A stretch of 64,000 nt of DNA, taken from Promethearchaeota archaeon (GTDB taxonomy: Archaea > Asgardarchaeota > Lokiarchaeia > Sigyniarchaeales > SOKP01). The notes beneath the pieces were generated by a model, which was given only the letters and a program-made list of their open reading frames with translations, searched no databases and was not told the DNA's origin. Made by a program: the position numbers and the translations under genes. Of this stretch, positions 38,284 through 49,272 are shown in pieces. The stretch covers positions 544,001 to 608,000 of the forward strand of contig JAHPZA010000006.1 of the NCBI GenBank assembly GCA_019058445.1, given 5' to 3'. The stretch's first letter is position 1; each line of letters opens with the position of its first letter.

Positions 38284-39519
38284 TTATTTTATTACTTCTA
38301 ATTTGAAAATTTTATCGTTCTTCTTCACAGGTTTATCTACTAAAATTCCGACACTAATACTTTTACTCTTAACCAGAGGTGTTTCAGTTAAATTCTTTTT
38401 TTGCTTGATTTGAAGAGAATTGATTTTTTGACGTAGGTATGTGCTTGTATGAGTCCCTATTATATAAATTTCATCATTTAATTTCAGTTTCCCCGAAGTT
38501 AACAAAATTTTCGCAGCTTTTTTTTCAGGATAATAAGATAAAACTTTACCAATTTCTTTTTTTCTAAAGTCCGACACATTTCCTTCTCTTTCTCTTTCAA
38601 TCTCGCTTCCTTTTGGTAATCCAAAATAAAAACCAGTTGAAAAACCCCTGTTATAAACTTTTCTTAATCGATTTAACCAATCATCAACTTTTTTCTGAGT
38701 AATTGAATTATTATAGTAAGCATCGATTGCTTCACGATAGCATGAAGTCGCTTCTTCAATATAAATGGGATCTCTCATTCGACCCTCAATTTTAAACGCA
38801 TCAATATTTGCTTCGATTAACTTAGGGATATACTCAATCATACAAAGATCTTTGGAATTTATGAAAAATACTCCATCATAAAGGAATTTATTATTCTGAT
38901 TATCAAACACGTTCCACGTTCTGCGACAAGGTTGAATACATCTCCCTCTATTTGCCGAATAATCCTGAGATCCGCACACTTCTGCTGAGAAATAACACCT
39001 CCCTGAAATTGAAGTACATTGGGCTCCATGTACGAATACTTCAATTTGACTAGTGTTTAATTTACTTTTTACATCTTTTATTTGTTCTAACGATAATTCT
39101 CTTGCGAGTATCAACCTTTCTGCTCCTAAATCCTCGTAAAACTGCGCAGTTCGAGAGTTTGAGATGTTTGCTTGGGTTGAAATATGAAATTTTAGACCCT
39201 TTTGTTTTGCTAATTCTATTGCTCCAATATCATGAATGATTAGTGCATCAATTTCAGCTTCTACAGCTTTATTTAAAATTTTCTCTAACATCTCGAATTC
39301 ATTTTCGTAAATTATTACATTCGTGGTTAAGTAGGCCCTAATATTATTATCATGACAGAGTTTGACAATTTTATTTAAATCTTCCAGCTTAAAATTATCG
39401 CTATACATTCGCATGTTTAATGATTCGATTCCAAAATACACGGCATTTGTTTTGTCTAAAATTGCATTTAAAGATTTGAAATTCTTCAATGGAGCCATTA
39501 GCTCAACTTTTTTATTCAT
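38284..39519 (-). CDS. Peptidase U32 family (tRNA/rRNA hydroxylation-type)
   Basis: Motifs HISTQAN, LARELS, FVHGAQCTSISGRC, NRGRCIQPCR and FKIEGR. Confidence 0.9.
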   Translation of the reverse strand: MNKKVELMAPLKNFKSLNAILDKTNAVYFGIESLNMRMYSDNFKLEDLNKIVKLCHDNNIRAYLTTNVIIYENEFEMLEKILNKAVEAEIDALIIHDIGAIELAKQKGLKFHISTQANISNSRTAQFYEDLGAERLILARELSLEQIKDVKSKLNTSQIEVFVHGAQCTSISGRCYFSAEVCGSQDYSANRGRCIQPCRRTWNVFDNQNNKFLYDGVFFINSKDLCMIEYIPKLIEANIDAFKIEGRMRDPIYIEEATSCYREAIDAYYNNSITQKKVDDWLNRLRKVYNRGFSTGFYFGLPKGSEIEREREGNVSDFRKKEIGKVLSYYPEKKAAKILLTSGKLKLNDEIYIIGTHTSTYLRQKINSLQIKQKKNLTETPLVKSKSISVGILVDKPVKKNDKIFKLEVIK

Positions 39520-39679
39520 TTTTTAATCAACTTTAAGATGGATGGTCTATTTTAGGTAAAATTTTAGATTATTGAAATAAAATTTTTTTAACTAATGAAA
39601 TATAATGAATCTAATCTTAATTGTTTATGATATAATTTTGAAAAAAAATAAGTGAAATAATAATTAAAAAAAATTTTGA

Positions 39680-41368
39680 TTAAAATGTAGTATACCAGAA
39701 GTAAAATAGCACTAAGCCAATTATAAAAGCGAGAATTGCCCAGAAATATGTAAAATGCTTCGCATAATTTCGAAATCGTTTTCCGGTTTCTGTTTCAATA
39801 GTATCCACTTGAATATAAGGGCTTGGACCGCGTCGGTACCAGCCTTTAATTCTTACTCTTTGACCAACTATTTTTTTAACTCGAGCAATGGCAAAAAAGA
39901 AATCTACTATGCCCAGACCAAACCTATAATCAATATACATAAGTCCAGTATTATCCTGTAAATATAAATCTTCTCCGAAATAGTAACCAGGCATACCTCT
40001 CCCAACAACTCGTCCCTCTATAAATGTTGGAATAGTCCGTATTGGCGACACTTTAATATTCGTTACGAGTTCCAAAACATTCTTCGGTTCAAAGCCGCTT
40101 TTATAGATGAATTTTGTTTTTATGAGTGAGCCAAAACCGATTAAATAAAACCCAGCTGCCCAAAATAGCAAGAGATTAGATAATGTTAGGGTGTTTACTA
40201 AAATATCCAACATACCTGCGGCTCCAAATATCCAAAGTACTGTCATTGCACCTAAAGCAATAAAAATCAATAGAGGTAAGAATTTTACTGTTACATCTAC
40301 TAAAAACTCGTCCATCATCGTTTTTCCTGCTTGTTCTTTCTTTATTTGCTTAGCTTTTGAGAAATCTAACTCTGGTTTGAGTCCATACAGCTCACATTGA
40401 TTATTCAATCGCATGATTCTTTTAGCTGGTAGTGGATGGGTACTAAACATTTGATAATATTTTGCCCATGGATTAAAAAGATCCCAGCTTGCTGCTGCCT
40501 GAATCGCATCCTTAGAATATTTTCCTGAACCGCTCATACTTGCCGCTGCAAACGATACTGCGCTTCTTGGATCAAAAATTCCTATGCCTCTCAAAGCTCT
40601 CACAGTTGATTTCTGTTTTTCTTCATACTGAGCATCTATTAATAATCCGTATGCGATTTTTACTAGTGCTGTGGATAATGTATTTGGATTTTCTGTGAGT
40701 TCTCCAGCATGCTCATCAGCATAATATTCTCTTATTCGACTGATAATTAAAGATATTAGATAACTAATAAAGTAAGCGATATATGATAGCACGGCGATTG
40801 CGATTAAAGCTAATCCTATAGCTGCTCCCTCTTTATCACTGGCTCTGCTCCACCTACTAGAATAGAAAGCCCATCTTGCAATTGTTAACAGCAATAATGG
40901 AATTGCAAAAACCAACGTCATCAATATAAAATCGTTATGAACCACATGTCCTAATTCGTGGCTTACAACAGCTTTTTGCTCTTCTTCATTTAGATAGTTT
41001 AAAATTCCTGTAGTAATTACGATTCTTGCCGTATTTTTCGTCCATCCAAATGTAAACGCGTTAGGATTCCCATCCCGTATAATACCCATTCGAGGAGTTT
41101 TAATCCCTCTTACAGCAATCACTTTATCAACGGCTTCTGCAAGATGCGGAAACTGAGCTCTAAATTGGTCGTAAGGTATCCACTCGATGCGATATATCCA
41201 ATTAATGATGAAAGGAGATATTAAGTATTGTAGGAAAATGAAGAACAATGTTATTCCAATCATTAACCATAAAGACCAGTTGTACCAGATCCCTATTGCA
41301 AACACAATTGCATAAATGAGTCCAAATAGCGCTATTAATGCCAAAGTTGAACTTAATCTCAGACCTAT
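39680..41368 (-). CDS. HtpX-like M48 zinc metalloprotease with C-terminal TM and OB-like extension (probable ATA start at 41368)
   Basis: Motifs PNAFTFG, HELGH, SRIREYYAD and FSTHP. AGGTGA RBS lies 6 nt before an in-frame ATA. Confidence 0.85.
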   Translation of the reverse strand: MGLRLSSTLALIALFGLIYAIVFAIGIWYNWSLWLMIGITLFFIFLQYLISPFIINWIYRIEWIPYDQFRAQFPHLAEAVDKVIAVRGIKTPRMGIIRDGNPNAFTFGWTKNTARIVITTGILNYLNEEEQKAVVSHELGHVVHNDFILMTLVFAIPLLLLTIARWAFYSSRWSRASDKEGAAIGLALIAIAVLSYIAYFISYLISLIISRIREYYADEHAGELTENPNTLSTALVKIAYGLLIDAQYEEKQKSTVRALRGIGIFDPRSAVSFAAASMSGSGKYSKDAIQAAASWDLFNPWAKYYQMFSTHPLPAKRIMRLNNQCELYGLKPELDFSKAKQIKKEQAGKTMMDEFLVDVTVKFLPLLIFIALGAMTVLWIFGAAGMLDILVNTLTLSNLLLFWAAGFYLIGFGSLIKTKFIYKSGFEPKNVLELVTNIKVSPIRTIPTFIEGRVVGRGMPGYYFGEDLYLQDNTGLMYIDYRFGLGIVDFFFAIARVKKIVGQRVRIKGWYRRGPSPYIQVDTIETETGKRFRNYAKHFTYFWAILAFIIGLVLFYFWYTTF

Positions 41369-41631
41369 AGTTAATCACCTTTTAGTCTTTATTTTTTTTT
41401 TTTATTTTATCTTGGAAAATCAGAATATACATTCTTAGGTAAATAAACTCTTACCGCAATTATATTTTTTTGTATTTTAGGATATAAATTATCGATGATA
41501 TGTTGATATTACTTTGAATTAATATTAGTGATCTAAGTAGTATTTTTATTATCAATAATATTGCAAACAGTTAAAACGTTAGATTTTTATTATTATTTAA
41601 AAACTAATATTGTTTCCGACATTAAAGTGAA

Positions 41632-42276
41632 TTGACTTTGAATGGTGAGAAGAAAAAGCTAGTTGACGCCACTAGCAATTTGGTGCACCAGCAATTCTAT
41701 AAAGAAGGGCAAGATATTATTTTAGGTAGAACGCCTGATGTTAAAGTCAAAATCAGCAAGTCGGGACAAATCATCAAAAAATTCGAAGATTTATTCAATG
41801 ATAATCTCCATTATTTTATAGAAGGCAATTATAAGAAATTTCTGCAACCTTTTAAAAAAATTAAAGGGGTAAACGAAGAAACTATTCATCAAATACATGA
41901 AGATTTAGAAAATAAACTTGAACACTTTAAGGACGAAAATTCGGAAACTGGAAATATCATTACGTATACCCTTGTTTTAAGTGCCTTAATTTCGAGAATC
42001 AGAGACATTCATTTTAATGACTCTATTGAAGAAGTTAGAAATAGAATCAGTAAAAAATCCAGAAAAAAATCTTCTGTTCTAAGTGAAGTTGAGGTTCAAG
42101 AAGCATTGGATAATCTTTTTATGAGAAATAACAAAAATATCTCAATCTTATATAATATATCATACTTATGTGCTTTGGCAGAATCGTTCAATTACAAAAA
42201 GGTAGTGCATATTTGTAATATACAAAAGAGCAAATTCATTAATCGAATTGTAAGGATGATAGTATCCTCAAGTTAA
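41632..42276 (+). CDS. Hypothetical protein
   Basis: 214-aa ORF. Confidence 0.65.
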   Translation: MTLNGEKKKLVDATSNLVHQQFYKEGQDIILGRTPDVKVKISKSGQIIKKFEDLFNDNLHYFIEGNYKKFLQPFKKIKGVNEETIHQIHEDLENKLEHFKDENSETGNIITYTLVLSALISRIRDIHFNDSIEEVRNRISKKSRKKSSVLSEVEVQEALDNLFMRNNKNISILYNISYLCALAESFNYKKVVHICNIQKSKFINRIVRMIVSSS

Positions 42277-42330
42277 ATTTAAAATTTTTCATTCTGAAAA
42301 ATGAATACATTCTAAGGCAATCTTTTTTTT

Positions 42331-43290
42331 CTACTCTAAAGGTAAATAATAGTCTATATCGTCTTTCATTGCCAGAATTTTAGAAATAATCTGGGATAGA
42401 TCATCGGCAGAAAGTTCATCCTTATCAATCAATGCTTTAGCAAGAGCTTGATAGTGTTTATATGTATCTTTATCTGCCAAATTCTTAAGTTTAGTACTAA
42501 AGGAATATAAATTTAAATATGTATCTTTGTAATCTCCGGCTTTGAGTGATTTTGTCCCTAAATTATCAAGAGTGTAACTTAATGCTTTTTTTGCATTTTC
42601 TAAGTAATATTGTAATTTTAATTTTCTATCATTAATTTCATCTTTAATACGTTTTGCTTGTTTTTGAAAATGAATAAAGTCATCCTCATTTCTCAAGTTT
42701 CCTGAGATTTGAATTAATTTTTCAGTTAAAACCAGTTTATCTTTAAAATTTTCGGTTTCCATTAATTTTTTCTGTAAAATTTTTTTCTCATCAGTTAGAG
42801 ACTGTTTAAGCTCATCTGATAAATCTTTTCGATGAGCCCAAATTGATTTCAATACAACTTCTTGTTTTTCAATTAACGAGGTTCCCTCAACCAATTTCTT
42901 TTTTGAAAGAATCAGTTCTGTTAATGGTTTATCTAGTATTTTAAATGTTTTTACACTCTGATCCCAGTTAATAAATAACTCCTTATATTCTAAGATAATT
43001 TTAACTACCTTAGGGATTAATTTATTAATTGCTTTATTGTCCTCTTTATCAGCTATTATAACGAGATCTGCTTCTGTCTCATGGATGTATGTAATTAGAA
43101 CAAAGTAATCGCCTAATTCGATGTTTTTTAGTTCCTTAGAACCGCTCAGAACCATTTCAGAAATGAAGGATTTTAACGCAGAAAAAAACGCGCTGAACAT
43201 TTCGAGCTTGCCGTCGCTGACGTCCTGAAAATTCTTATCGTATAATAAAAGACCCGATTTGCTCTGATATAGGAATAATGAATAGATCAC
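42331..43290 (-). CDS. Longin-like domain plus helical/coiled-coil protein
   Basis: N-terminal pattern IYSLFLYQSKSGLLLYDKNF...MFSAFFSALKSFISE. Confidence 0.65.
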   Translation of the reverse strand: MIYSLFLYQSKSGLLLYDKNFQDVSDGKLEMFSAFFSALKSFISEMVLSGSKELKNIELGDYFVLITYIHETEADLVIIADKEDNKAINKLIPKVVKIILEYKELFINWDQSVKTFKILDKPLTELILSKKKLVEGTSLIEKQEVVLKSIWAHRKDLSDELKQSLTDEKKILQKKLMETENFKDKLVLTEKLIQISGNLRNEDDFIHFQKQAKRIKDEINDRKLKLQYYLENAKKALSYTLDNLGTKSLKAGDYKDTYLNLYSFSTKLKNLADKDTYKHYQALAKALIDKDELSADDLSQIISKILAMKDDIDYYLPLE

Positions 43291-43537
43291 TTAAGGTCAC
43301 ATTAATAGTTTAATCAATTTTTTATGAAAAGTAATATTTCAGATTAAATAAAATGAAATCTAGTTAAATTATAAAATGAAATTTAATTTAAAATTAAAAT
43401 ATAACTACTCTATTTTAAATTTAAGTCCATTTTTTTTAAGCTTTACTTTATTTACCCGCTAACATTAATATAGTTTCCTTTTCAATATTTTATCGTGAAA
43501 TATTTAAAACAGTTAAAGAATTCATGTTATATGTTAG

Positions 43538-45472
43538 GTGATTAGTTCTTTAGGTGATGTAATGTCAACAGACCATAATGAAGATATTGATAGACTTATT
43601 GAAAAATATGGTAATAAGCAAGTTTCTTTAAACAAAGCGATCAAACAATTTATAAAGCCAGGGAATAGAATTTTTATAGACTCGGGGTGTGCTGAACCGA
43701 TCGATCTTACTCAAAAATTAATAGAATTGGGTCCACAACTTCCTGATGTCGAAATACTGCACTTTTTAAGCTTAAGCGACTTAGATTATTACGAGACGGC
43801 AGGTGGCATTGAAGATCTCTTTAGACACAATGCATTTTTCATTGGGAAATCAATGCGTAAATTCATTGAAATAGGACAAGCAGATTACACACCAATGTTA
43901 CTTTCTGAAATTCCACGAATTTTTAAGAGTGGTCAAATGCATTTAGACACTGCGCTCATTCAAGTCAGTCCTCCTGATAGATATGGATTTTGTAGTTTTG
44001 GCATCAATGTAGATATTGCTAAATCAATAGCAGAAGCGGCAGATAAAGTTGTTGCTGAGATTAATCCTAACATGCCACGTACCTTAGGAGATGCATTCAT
44101 ACATATGGATGATATCGATGCATTTATAATTACTAACCATGATATTATTGAATTTTCCTATGGCGAACCTGATGAGGTCTCTAAAAAAATAGCGAAATTT
44201 GTTGCTAGTTTAATTGAAGATGAATCTACAATTCAGATGGGTATTGGTGAAATACCAAATGCTGTCACAGCCGAGTTAATCGATAAAAAAGATTTAGGAG
44301 TGCATAGTGAGGTATTTTCAGATGGTATAGTAAATCTTGTAGAAGAGGGAGTAATAACTTGTAAAAAAAAAACAATTCATAAAGATAAAATCATATGTTC
44401 ATTCGTAATGGGTTCTCGAAGGCTTTATGACTTTGTATGCGATAATCCAATGGTAGAATTTCATCCATGCGAGTATTGTAATGATCCCTATATTATAAGC
44501 CAAAACCATAAGCAGATTGCGATAAATGCGGCTCTTACTGTGGATTTGACAGGACAAGTTAACTCAGATTCAATAGGTTATCAATTTTATAGCGGTATTG
44601 GAGGACAAGTAGATTTTATTCGAGGCGCTGGACGTGCAAATGATGGTAAACCTATAATGGTAATTCCTAGTACTGCTAAACTTAAAGATGGTACGATAGT
44701 TTCTCGTATAGTACCTCATCTTCAAACTGGCTCAGGGGTCGTAGTGACTCGCGGGGATGTGCATTATGTTGTCTCTGAATGGGGGATTGCTTATCTCTAT
44801 GGCAAAAGCGTAAGAGAAAGAGTTCTTGAAATGATTAATATTGCCCATCCGGATTTTAGGGAAAAATTATTAGAACACGCAAAGAAATGGAATTATGTGT
44901 ATTCAGACCAGAAACTGCCAGTATCTATTGACGGAAGAATAAGCATTTATCCTCAAAAATACGAGACTTCCCTTGAATTAAAAAATAGAAAGACTATAAT
45001 AGTTAGGCCTGTTAAGTCTACAGATGAGAGAATGTTTCAGGAGCTCCACTATTCTTTAGATGATCAAGATCGGTATTATAGGTTTTTTACACCTATTCAT
45101 GATTTTCGCCATAGATTAGTCCAACCTATGATAAATGTTGATTATGCAACAGATATGATCTTAGTTGGAGAATATTCTGAAGATAATGAGAAAAAAATTA
45201 TTGCAATTGGAGGAATCTTCAAGTCAGAGAACCCTTCAATTGCTGAATTGGCATTTGTCACTCATAAAAAATGGCGTGGTCTTGGAATTACTAAGTTTTT
45301 ATTGAATTATTTAGTACAAATTGCCCGCGAATTAAAATACAAATCATTATCTGGTTCAATTCTTCTTGAAAACAGGCCAATGCTCCATATTATTGATAAT
45401 GCTGGGTATAAAATCACATTTAGACATATGGAAGGAGGAGTTTTGGATTTTATTATGGATATTTCAAAATAA
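43538..45472 (+). CDS. Acetyl-CoA hydrolase/transferase fused to a GNAT domain
   Basis: Motifs QMGIGEIPNAV, DLTGQVNSD, SGIGGQVDFIRGA and IAHPDFR. C-terminal AELAF..KWRGLGI. Confidence 0.9.
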   Translation: MISSLGDVMSTDHNEDIDRLIEKYGNKQVSLNKAIKQFIKPGNRIFIDSGCAEPIDLTQKLIELGPQLPDVEILHFLSLSDLDYYETAGGIEDLFRHNAFFIGKSMRKFIEIGQADYTPMLLSEIPRIFKSGQMHLDTALIQVSPPDRYGFCSFGINVDIAKSIAEAADKVVAEINPNMPRTLGDAFIHMDDIDAFIITNHDIIEFSYGEPDEVSKKIAKFVASLIEDESTIQMGIGEIPNAVTAELIDKKDLGVHSEVFSDGIVNLVEEGVITCKKKTIHKDKIICSFVMGSRRLYDFVCDNPMVEFHPCEYCNDPYIISQNHKQIAINAALTVDLTGQVNSDSIGYQFYSGIGGQVDFIRGAGRANDGKPIMVIPSTAKLKDGTIVSRIVPHLQTGSGVVVTRGDVHYVVSEWGIAYLYGKSVRERVLEMINIAHPDFREKLLEHAKKWNYVYSDQKLPVSIDGRISIYPQKYETSLELKNRKTIIVRPVKSTDERMFQELHYSLDDQDRYYRFFTPIHDFRHRLVQPMINVDYATDMILVGEYSEDNEKKIIAIGGIFKSENPSIAELAFVTHKKWRGLGITKFLLNYLVQIARELKYKSLSGSILLENRPMLHIIDNAGYKITFRHMEGGVLDFIMDISK

Positions 45473-45533
45473 GAGTATTTAGGAGAAATATATTTAGTTT
45501 ACGAAATAGCAATCTTGATAATAGACTAGGTGC

Positions 45534-46394
45534 ATTGAAATACTTATTTCAGAGTTTCATAAACTATATCGCAAAAATGGTTTAGATGAGAAGACTATCC
45601 AAGAGTTTCGAAAAATTATATATTCATATTATAAACAGTACGGGAGGACATTTCCATTTCGGGATGATACAACTCCGTATAATGTTTTAATTTCTGAAAT
45701 AATGCTTCAGCAGACTCAAACAAGTAGAGTTTCTGAGAAGTTTCTTAACTTTGTAAAAAAATTTCCTCATTTTGAAGCTCTTTCAAAAGCTTCACTAGAG
45801 GATGTGTTAAAAGCTTGGCAAGGATTGGGATATAATAGAAGAGCAATAGCTTTAAAAAAAATTGCAGAGATTATAATCAATGAATTTGAGGGAAACCTTC
45901 CAGATTCAATTGGTATTTTAAAAACATTTCCTCAAATAGGACATAACACAGCTTCATCGATTGTAGCTTTTGCCTTTAATAAGCCTTCCATCTTTATAGA
46001 GACTAATATACGGAGAGTTTTCATTTACTTTTTCTTTTCAAAGAAAGAAGTAATCGATGATAAAGAGATTCTTCCACTAGTAGAAAAATCTCTCGATACT
46101 TCAAATCCCCGTAAATGGTATTATGCCCTTATGGATTATGGAGTAATGTTAAAAAAAAAATTTCCAGAGCTTAATAAAAGGAGTAGGACTTATCGAAAAC
46201 AATCTCAGTTTAAGGGATCTGACAGAGAAATTAGAGGTAAGGTATTAAAATTAGTTTTAAATCATAAAACGCTACTAATATCAGAGCTAATTGAAAAATT
46301 AAAGATATCTCGAAATAAGCTTAATAAAATTTTGATTCAATTACAAAAAGAGGGTTTCATTAAGATTAATGATGATTTGATTACGGTGGAATAA
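45534..46394 (+). CDS. HhH-GPD DNA glycosylase, MutY-like without Fe-S cluster (non-canonical start)
   Basis: FPFR..TPYNVLISEIMLQQT, WQGLGYNRRA and ETNIRRV. The conserved N-terminus lies upstream of the first ATG (45702). Confidence 0.85.
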   Translation: MEILISEFHKLYRKNGLDEKTIQEFRKIIYSYYKQYGRTFPFRDDTTPYNVLISEIMLQQTQTSRVSEKFLNFVKKFPHFEALSKASLEDVLKAWQGLGYNRRAIALKKIAEIIINEFEGNLPDSIGILKTFPQIGHNTASSIVAFAFNKPSIFIETNIRRVFIYFFFSKKEVIDDKEILPLVEKSLDTSNPRKWYYALMDYGVMLKKKFPELNKRSRTYRKQSQFKGSDREIRGKVLKLVLNHKTLLISELIEKLKISRNKLNKILIQLQKEGFIKINDDLITVE

Positions 46395-46406
46395 AAATTA
46401 GGAAAA

Positions 46407-47702
46407 TTAGTCTAAATTTCCTGTCTTAAAGTACTTTTCAATTTTTAGAGCCAATTTTTCTTGTTTCTTCCACTCTCCAAAAGCATATCCTTTCGAGGTT
46501 AATTCATTAATTGCCCCTTTAACTTCTTCATCTATTTTACTTACTTTTTTTTTAGCAAATGGAGTGTGGGGTAATGGAATAAAAGAATGAGTGTGGATTT
46601 TTGCCCCTCTATTTGACAAATCTTTCATCATGTTGATTGTTAATCTTATATCTTCTTCAGTTTCACCCGGCAATCCAAAAATGAAATCCACATTGGCTTT
46701 AAGTTTTTTAGATAATGTTAACTCTACTGCGTTATGAATATCTTCAACGGTATGCCCTCTGTGACAGAAATTTAGGATCTTTTGACTACCGGATTGAGCC
46801 CCAATTATAATATTATCATTTGATGCATAATTTAAGATTAAATCTAATGTAGAATCATTAACGTGTTCAGGTCTAACTTCTGAGGGAAATGATCCAAAAA
46901 AAATTCGTCCCTCTGGTTGAATGATTCGTTTAATTTTTCGCAATAGATCTTCGAGTTTAGTAAGGTTCAATGTTTTACCATCTTTAGAACCATATGAAAA
47001 TGCGTTTGGTGTTATGAATCTAATATCCGTTAGATTTTTACTTTTCATCAATTTAACGTATTTGCATATGTAGTCTATACTTCTATGTCGAGGAGTTATG
47101 CCTAATATAAAAGGTGTTTGACAAAAAGAGCAGAGGTAGGGACATCCTCTCGTTATCTCAATTGCTCCAAATTTATTATATTTAACTGGAAAAGGAGGAA
47201 ATTTATCTAAATCAATCAAGTTCCTCTTACCAGTATAATGATATTTATTATTCTTACTAATATAAGCTAGACCTTTTATATTATGATAATTCTCTTTATT
47301 TTTAATTTTTTTTAAAAATTCTATTAGAGTTTCTTCACTCTCCCCAGTAAAAACAACATTAAATCCCATTTTAAGGGTTCCTTTAGGATCTCCAGATGGA
47401 TGTGGTCCCCCTGCAATGCACAAAATTTTATTTCCAAAATTTTTTCTTATCGTTTTAATTAATCTGGAAATCTCCCAAAGTTGAGTAGTGAAGAAAGATA
47501 CTCCTAATATGATTTCGTCATATGTTTCAGTAATATAAACTAGTTCCTTTAAAAGCTCTTCTTTTGTACTTATAAAATAAACAATAATATCGTCGAGCTC
47601 TTTCTCATTGTCTAAGGCACTAATTAAGGCATTAAAACTGTATTTATTAATTTTATTATAGTATACGACAAAGGCGATTTTTTTCGGCAATTTATCCCTC
47701 AT
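46407..47702 (-). CDS. B12-binding radical SAM protein (MJ1487-like)
   Basis: Motifs AGGPHPS, EITRGCPYLCSFCQT, GSFPSEVRPE and IGAQSGS. Confidence 0.85.
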   Translation of the reverse strand: MRDKLPKKIAFVVYYNKINKYSFNALISALDNEKELDDIIVYFISTKEELLKELVYITETYDEIILGVSFFTTQLWEISRLIKTIRKNFGNKILCIAGGPHPSGDPKGTLKMGFNVVFTGESEETLIEFLKKIKNKENYHNIKGLAYISKNNKYHYTGKRNLIDLDKFPPFPVKYNKFGAIEITRGCPYLCSFCQTPFILGITPRHRSIDYICKYVKLMKSKNLTDIRFITPNAFSYGSKDGKTLNLTKLEDLLRKIKRIIQPEGRIFFGSFPSEVRPEHVNDSTLDLILNYASNDNIIIGAQSGSQKILNFCHRGHTVEDIHNAVELTLSKKLKANVDFIFGLPGETEEDIRLTINMMKDLSNRGAKIHTHSFIPLPHTPFAKKKVSKIDEEVKGAINELTSKGYAFGEWKKQEKLALKIEKYFKTGNLD

Positions 47703-47828
47703 ATATAAATTACGCTGAAAAATTTGAAAACTCTAATTTATTATGTAATCTAAATAAAATTAAATAATATAAATATTGGATTATATTAGATTTATAAAAT
47801 AAAATATGATAATTAGAATTAAAAAAAA

Positions 47829-48308
47829 TTGAGTGAGAAAAAATTGCTATTAAATAAGATAATTGCTACAACTTCCGAAGAAGTAGGCGTTTCTTGGTTT
47901 GATTTCTACTCCATTGGTCATATTTGCTTTGCTATGGGCTTATTTTTATTCTTTTCTCTGTTCTACTCTATCCCTAAAGCTCGCGGTGATACACCCATCT
48001 TTTCATTATTATTAGTATTTATTTTAACATTCATTATCTTGATTGTCTGGGAAGTCGCTGAGAACACGTTATTTTTAGTGTTAGGTTGGAAATTTGAGGA
48101 CCGATTAGATAGTCCACAAAATATTTTTACAGATATTGTTTTTGGGATTATAGGAGCGCTAGGTTCGTGGCTTTTTGCCTATGTATCCTTTGAAAAAGAA
48201 AAGAAACATTGGCCGTACTATGTTTTTGGTTTAATTGCATTTGCTTTATGGTTTGGGGTATTTATAGTCCTTCGCTACTTAACCTTAATGAATTCGCCAG
48301 TAATTTAA
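47829..48308 (+). CDS. Membrane protein
   Basis: Four TM segments; DFYSIGH..WEVAEN..D pattern. Confidence 0.7.
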   Translation: MSEKKLLLNKIIATTSEEVGVSWFDFYSIGHICFAMGLFLFFSLFYSIPKARGDTPIFSLLLVFILTFIILIVWEVAENTLFLVLGWKFEDRLDSPQNIFTDIVFGIIGALGSWLFAYVSFEKEKKHWPYYVFGLIAFALWFGVFIVLRYLTLMNSPVI

Positions 48309-48355
48309 CTTAAAACACAATTTTTTTTATTTTTAACTTTCTTTTCTATTTTAAC

Positions 48356-49120
48356 GTGGAAAATATAACTAAATTTATAAAAACCAAGAAAGGAAACATT
48401 CCCTTAATCTTATCAGTACCTCATGGGGGTACATTAGAATGTAGTGAAATTCCTGAAAGACTAGATGGAGTTCTTGGAATTGATAAAAATACAATTGAAT
48501 TAACTCAGGACTTAATATTTCATCTAGAAGAATTATCTGAAAAATACTTTTCTGGAAAGAGGTTTCCCTCTTATGTTATATCAAAAATCCGTCGTAGTAA
48601 AATAGATTTAAATAGAATGGAAGCCGAGGCATATATCCCAAGTTCCCTTCTTGCTAAAAAATTATATCAATTTTACCATAAACAAATTAGAGAATTAGTA
48701 GATTATAATTTATATAAATATAATTTCTCCCTTTTAATCGATATTCATGGATTTGAAAAAAATAAGCGTCCCCAAGGATATAGAGATGTAGAAATTGTAT
48801 TAGGCACAAAAAATTTAGCTAGTTTATACCAAGATCCTGTCCCCATAAAAAATAGAGATAAAAACATACGTGGAGAGATTATTAAAAACTTTCTTAGTTT
48901 AGACATACCAATAGCTCCAGGACATCCAAGAAGAAAAGAGTATATACTAACTGGAGGTTATATTACACAAAAATATGGGATATCTGAAATCTCAGGCAGT
49001 CAGACAATGCAAATGGAATTTTCTGACAGAATTAGGATATATGATAAAGAACTTAAGAATAAGATATTAGTTTCACTTGCAGAAGTATTGTTAATGTATT
49101 TATCAAATAAGGTAAATTAA
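48356..49120 (+). CDS. N-formylglutamate amidohydrolase-like protein
   Basis: Motifs SVPHGG, IDLNR, LIDIHG, GGYIT and QME. Confidence 0.75.
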   Translation: MENITKFIKTKKGNIPLILSVPHGGTLECSEIPERLDGVLGIDKNTIELTQDLIFHLEELSEKYFSGKRFPSYVISKIRRSKIDLNRMEAEAYIPSSLLAKKLYQFYHKQIRELVDYNLYKYNFSLLIDIHGFEKNKRPQGYRDVEIVLGTKNLASLYQDPVPIKNRDKNIRGEIIKNFLSLDIPIAPGHPRRKEYILTGGYITQKYGISEISGSQTMQMEFSDRIRIYDKELKNKILVSLAEVLLMYLSNKVN

Positions 49121-49272
49121 TAGAATTTATGCTAGCATTTGCTAATATATATCATACTTATAACTAAATTCATTTTTATAATAACCACTAATTACTTCTA
49201 ACTCTCAGAACTTTATAATTTATAATTCTAAATAATAATATTTTATAGTGAATTTTCATTTTATTTGATAAT

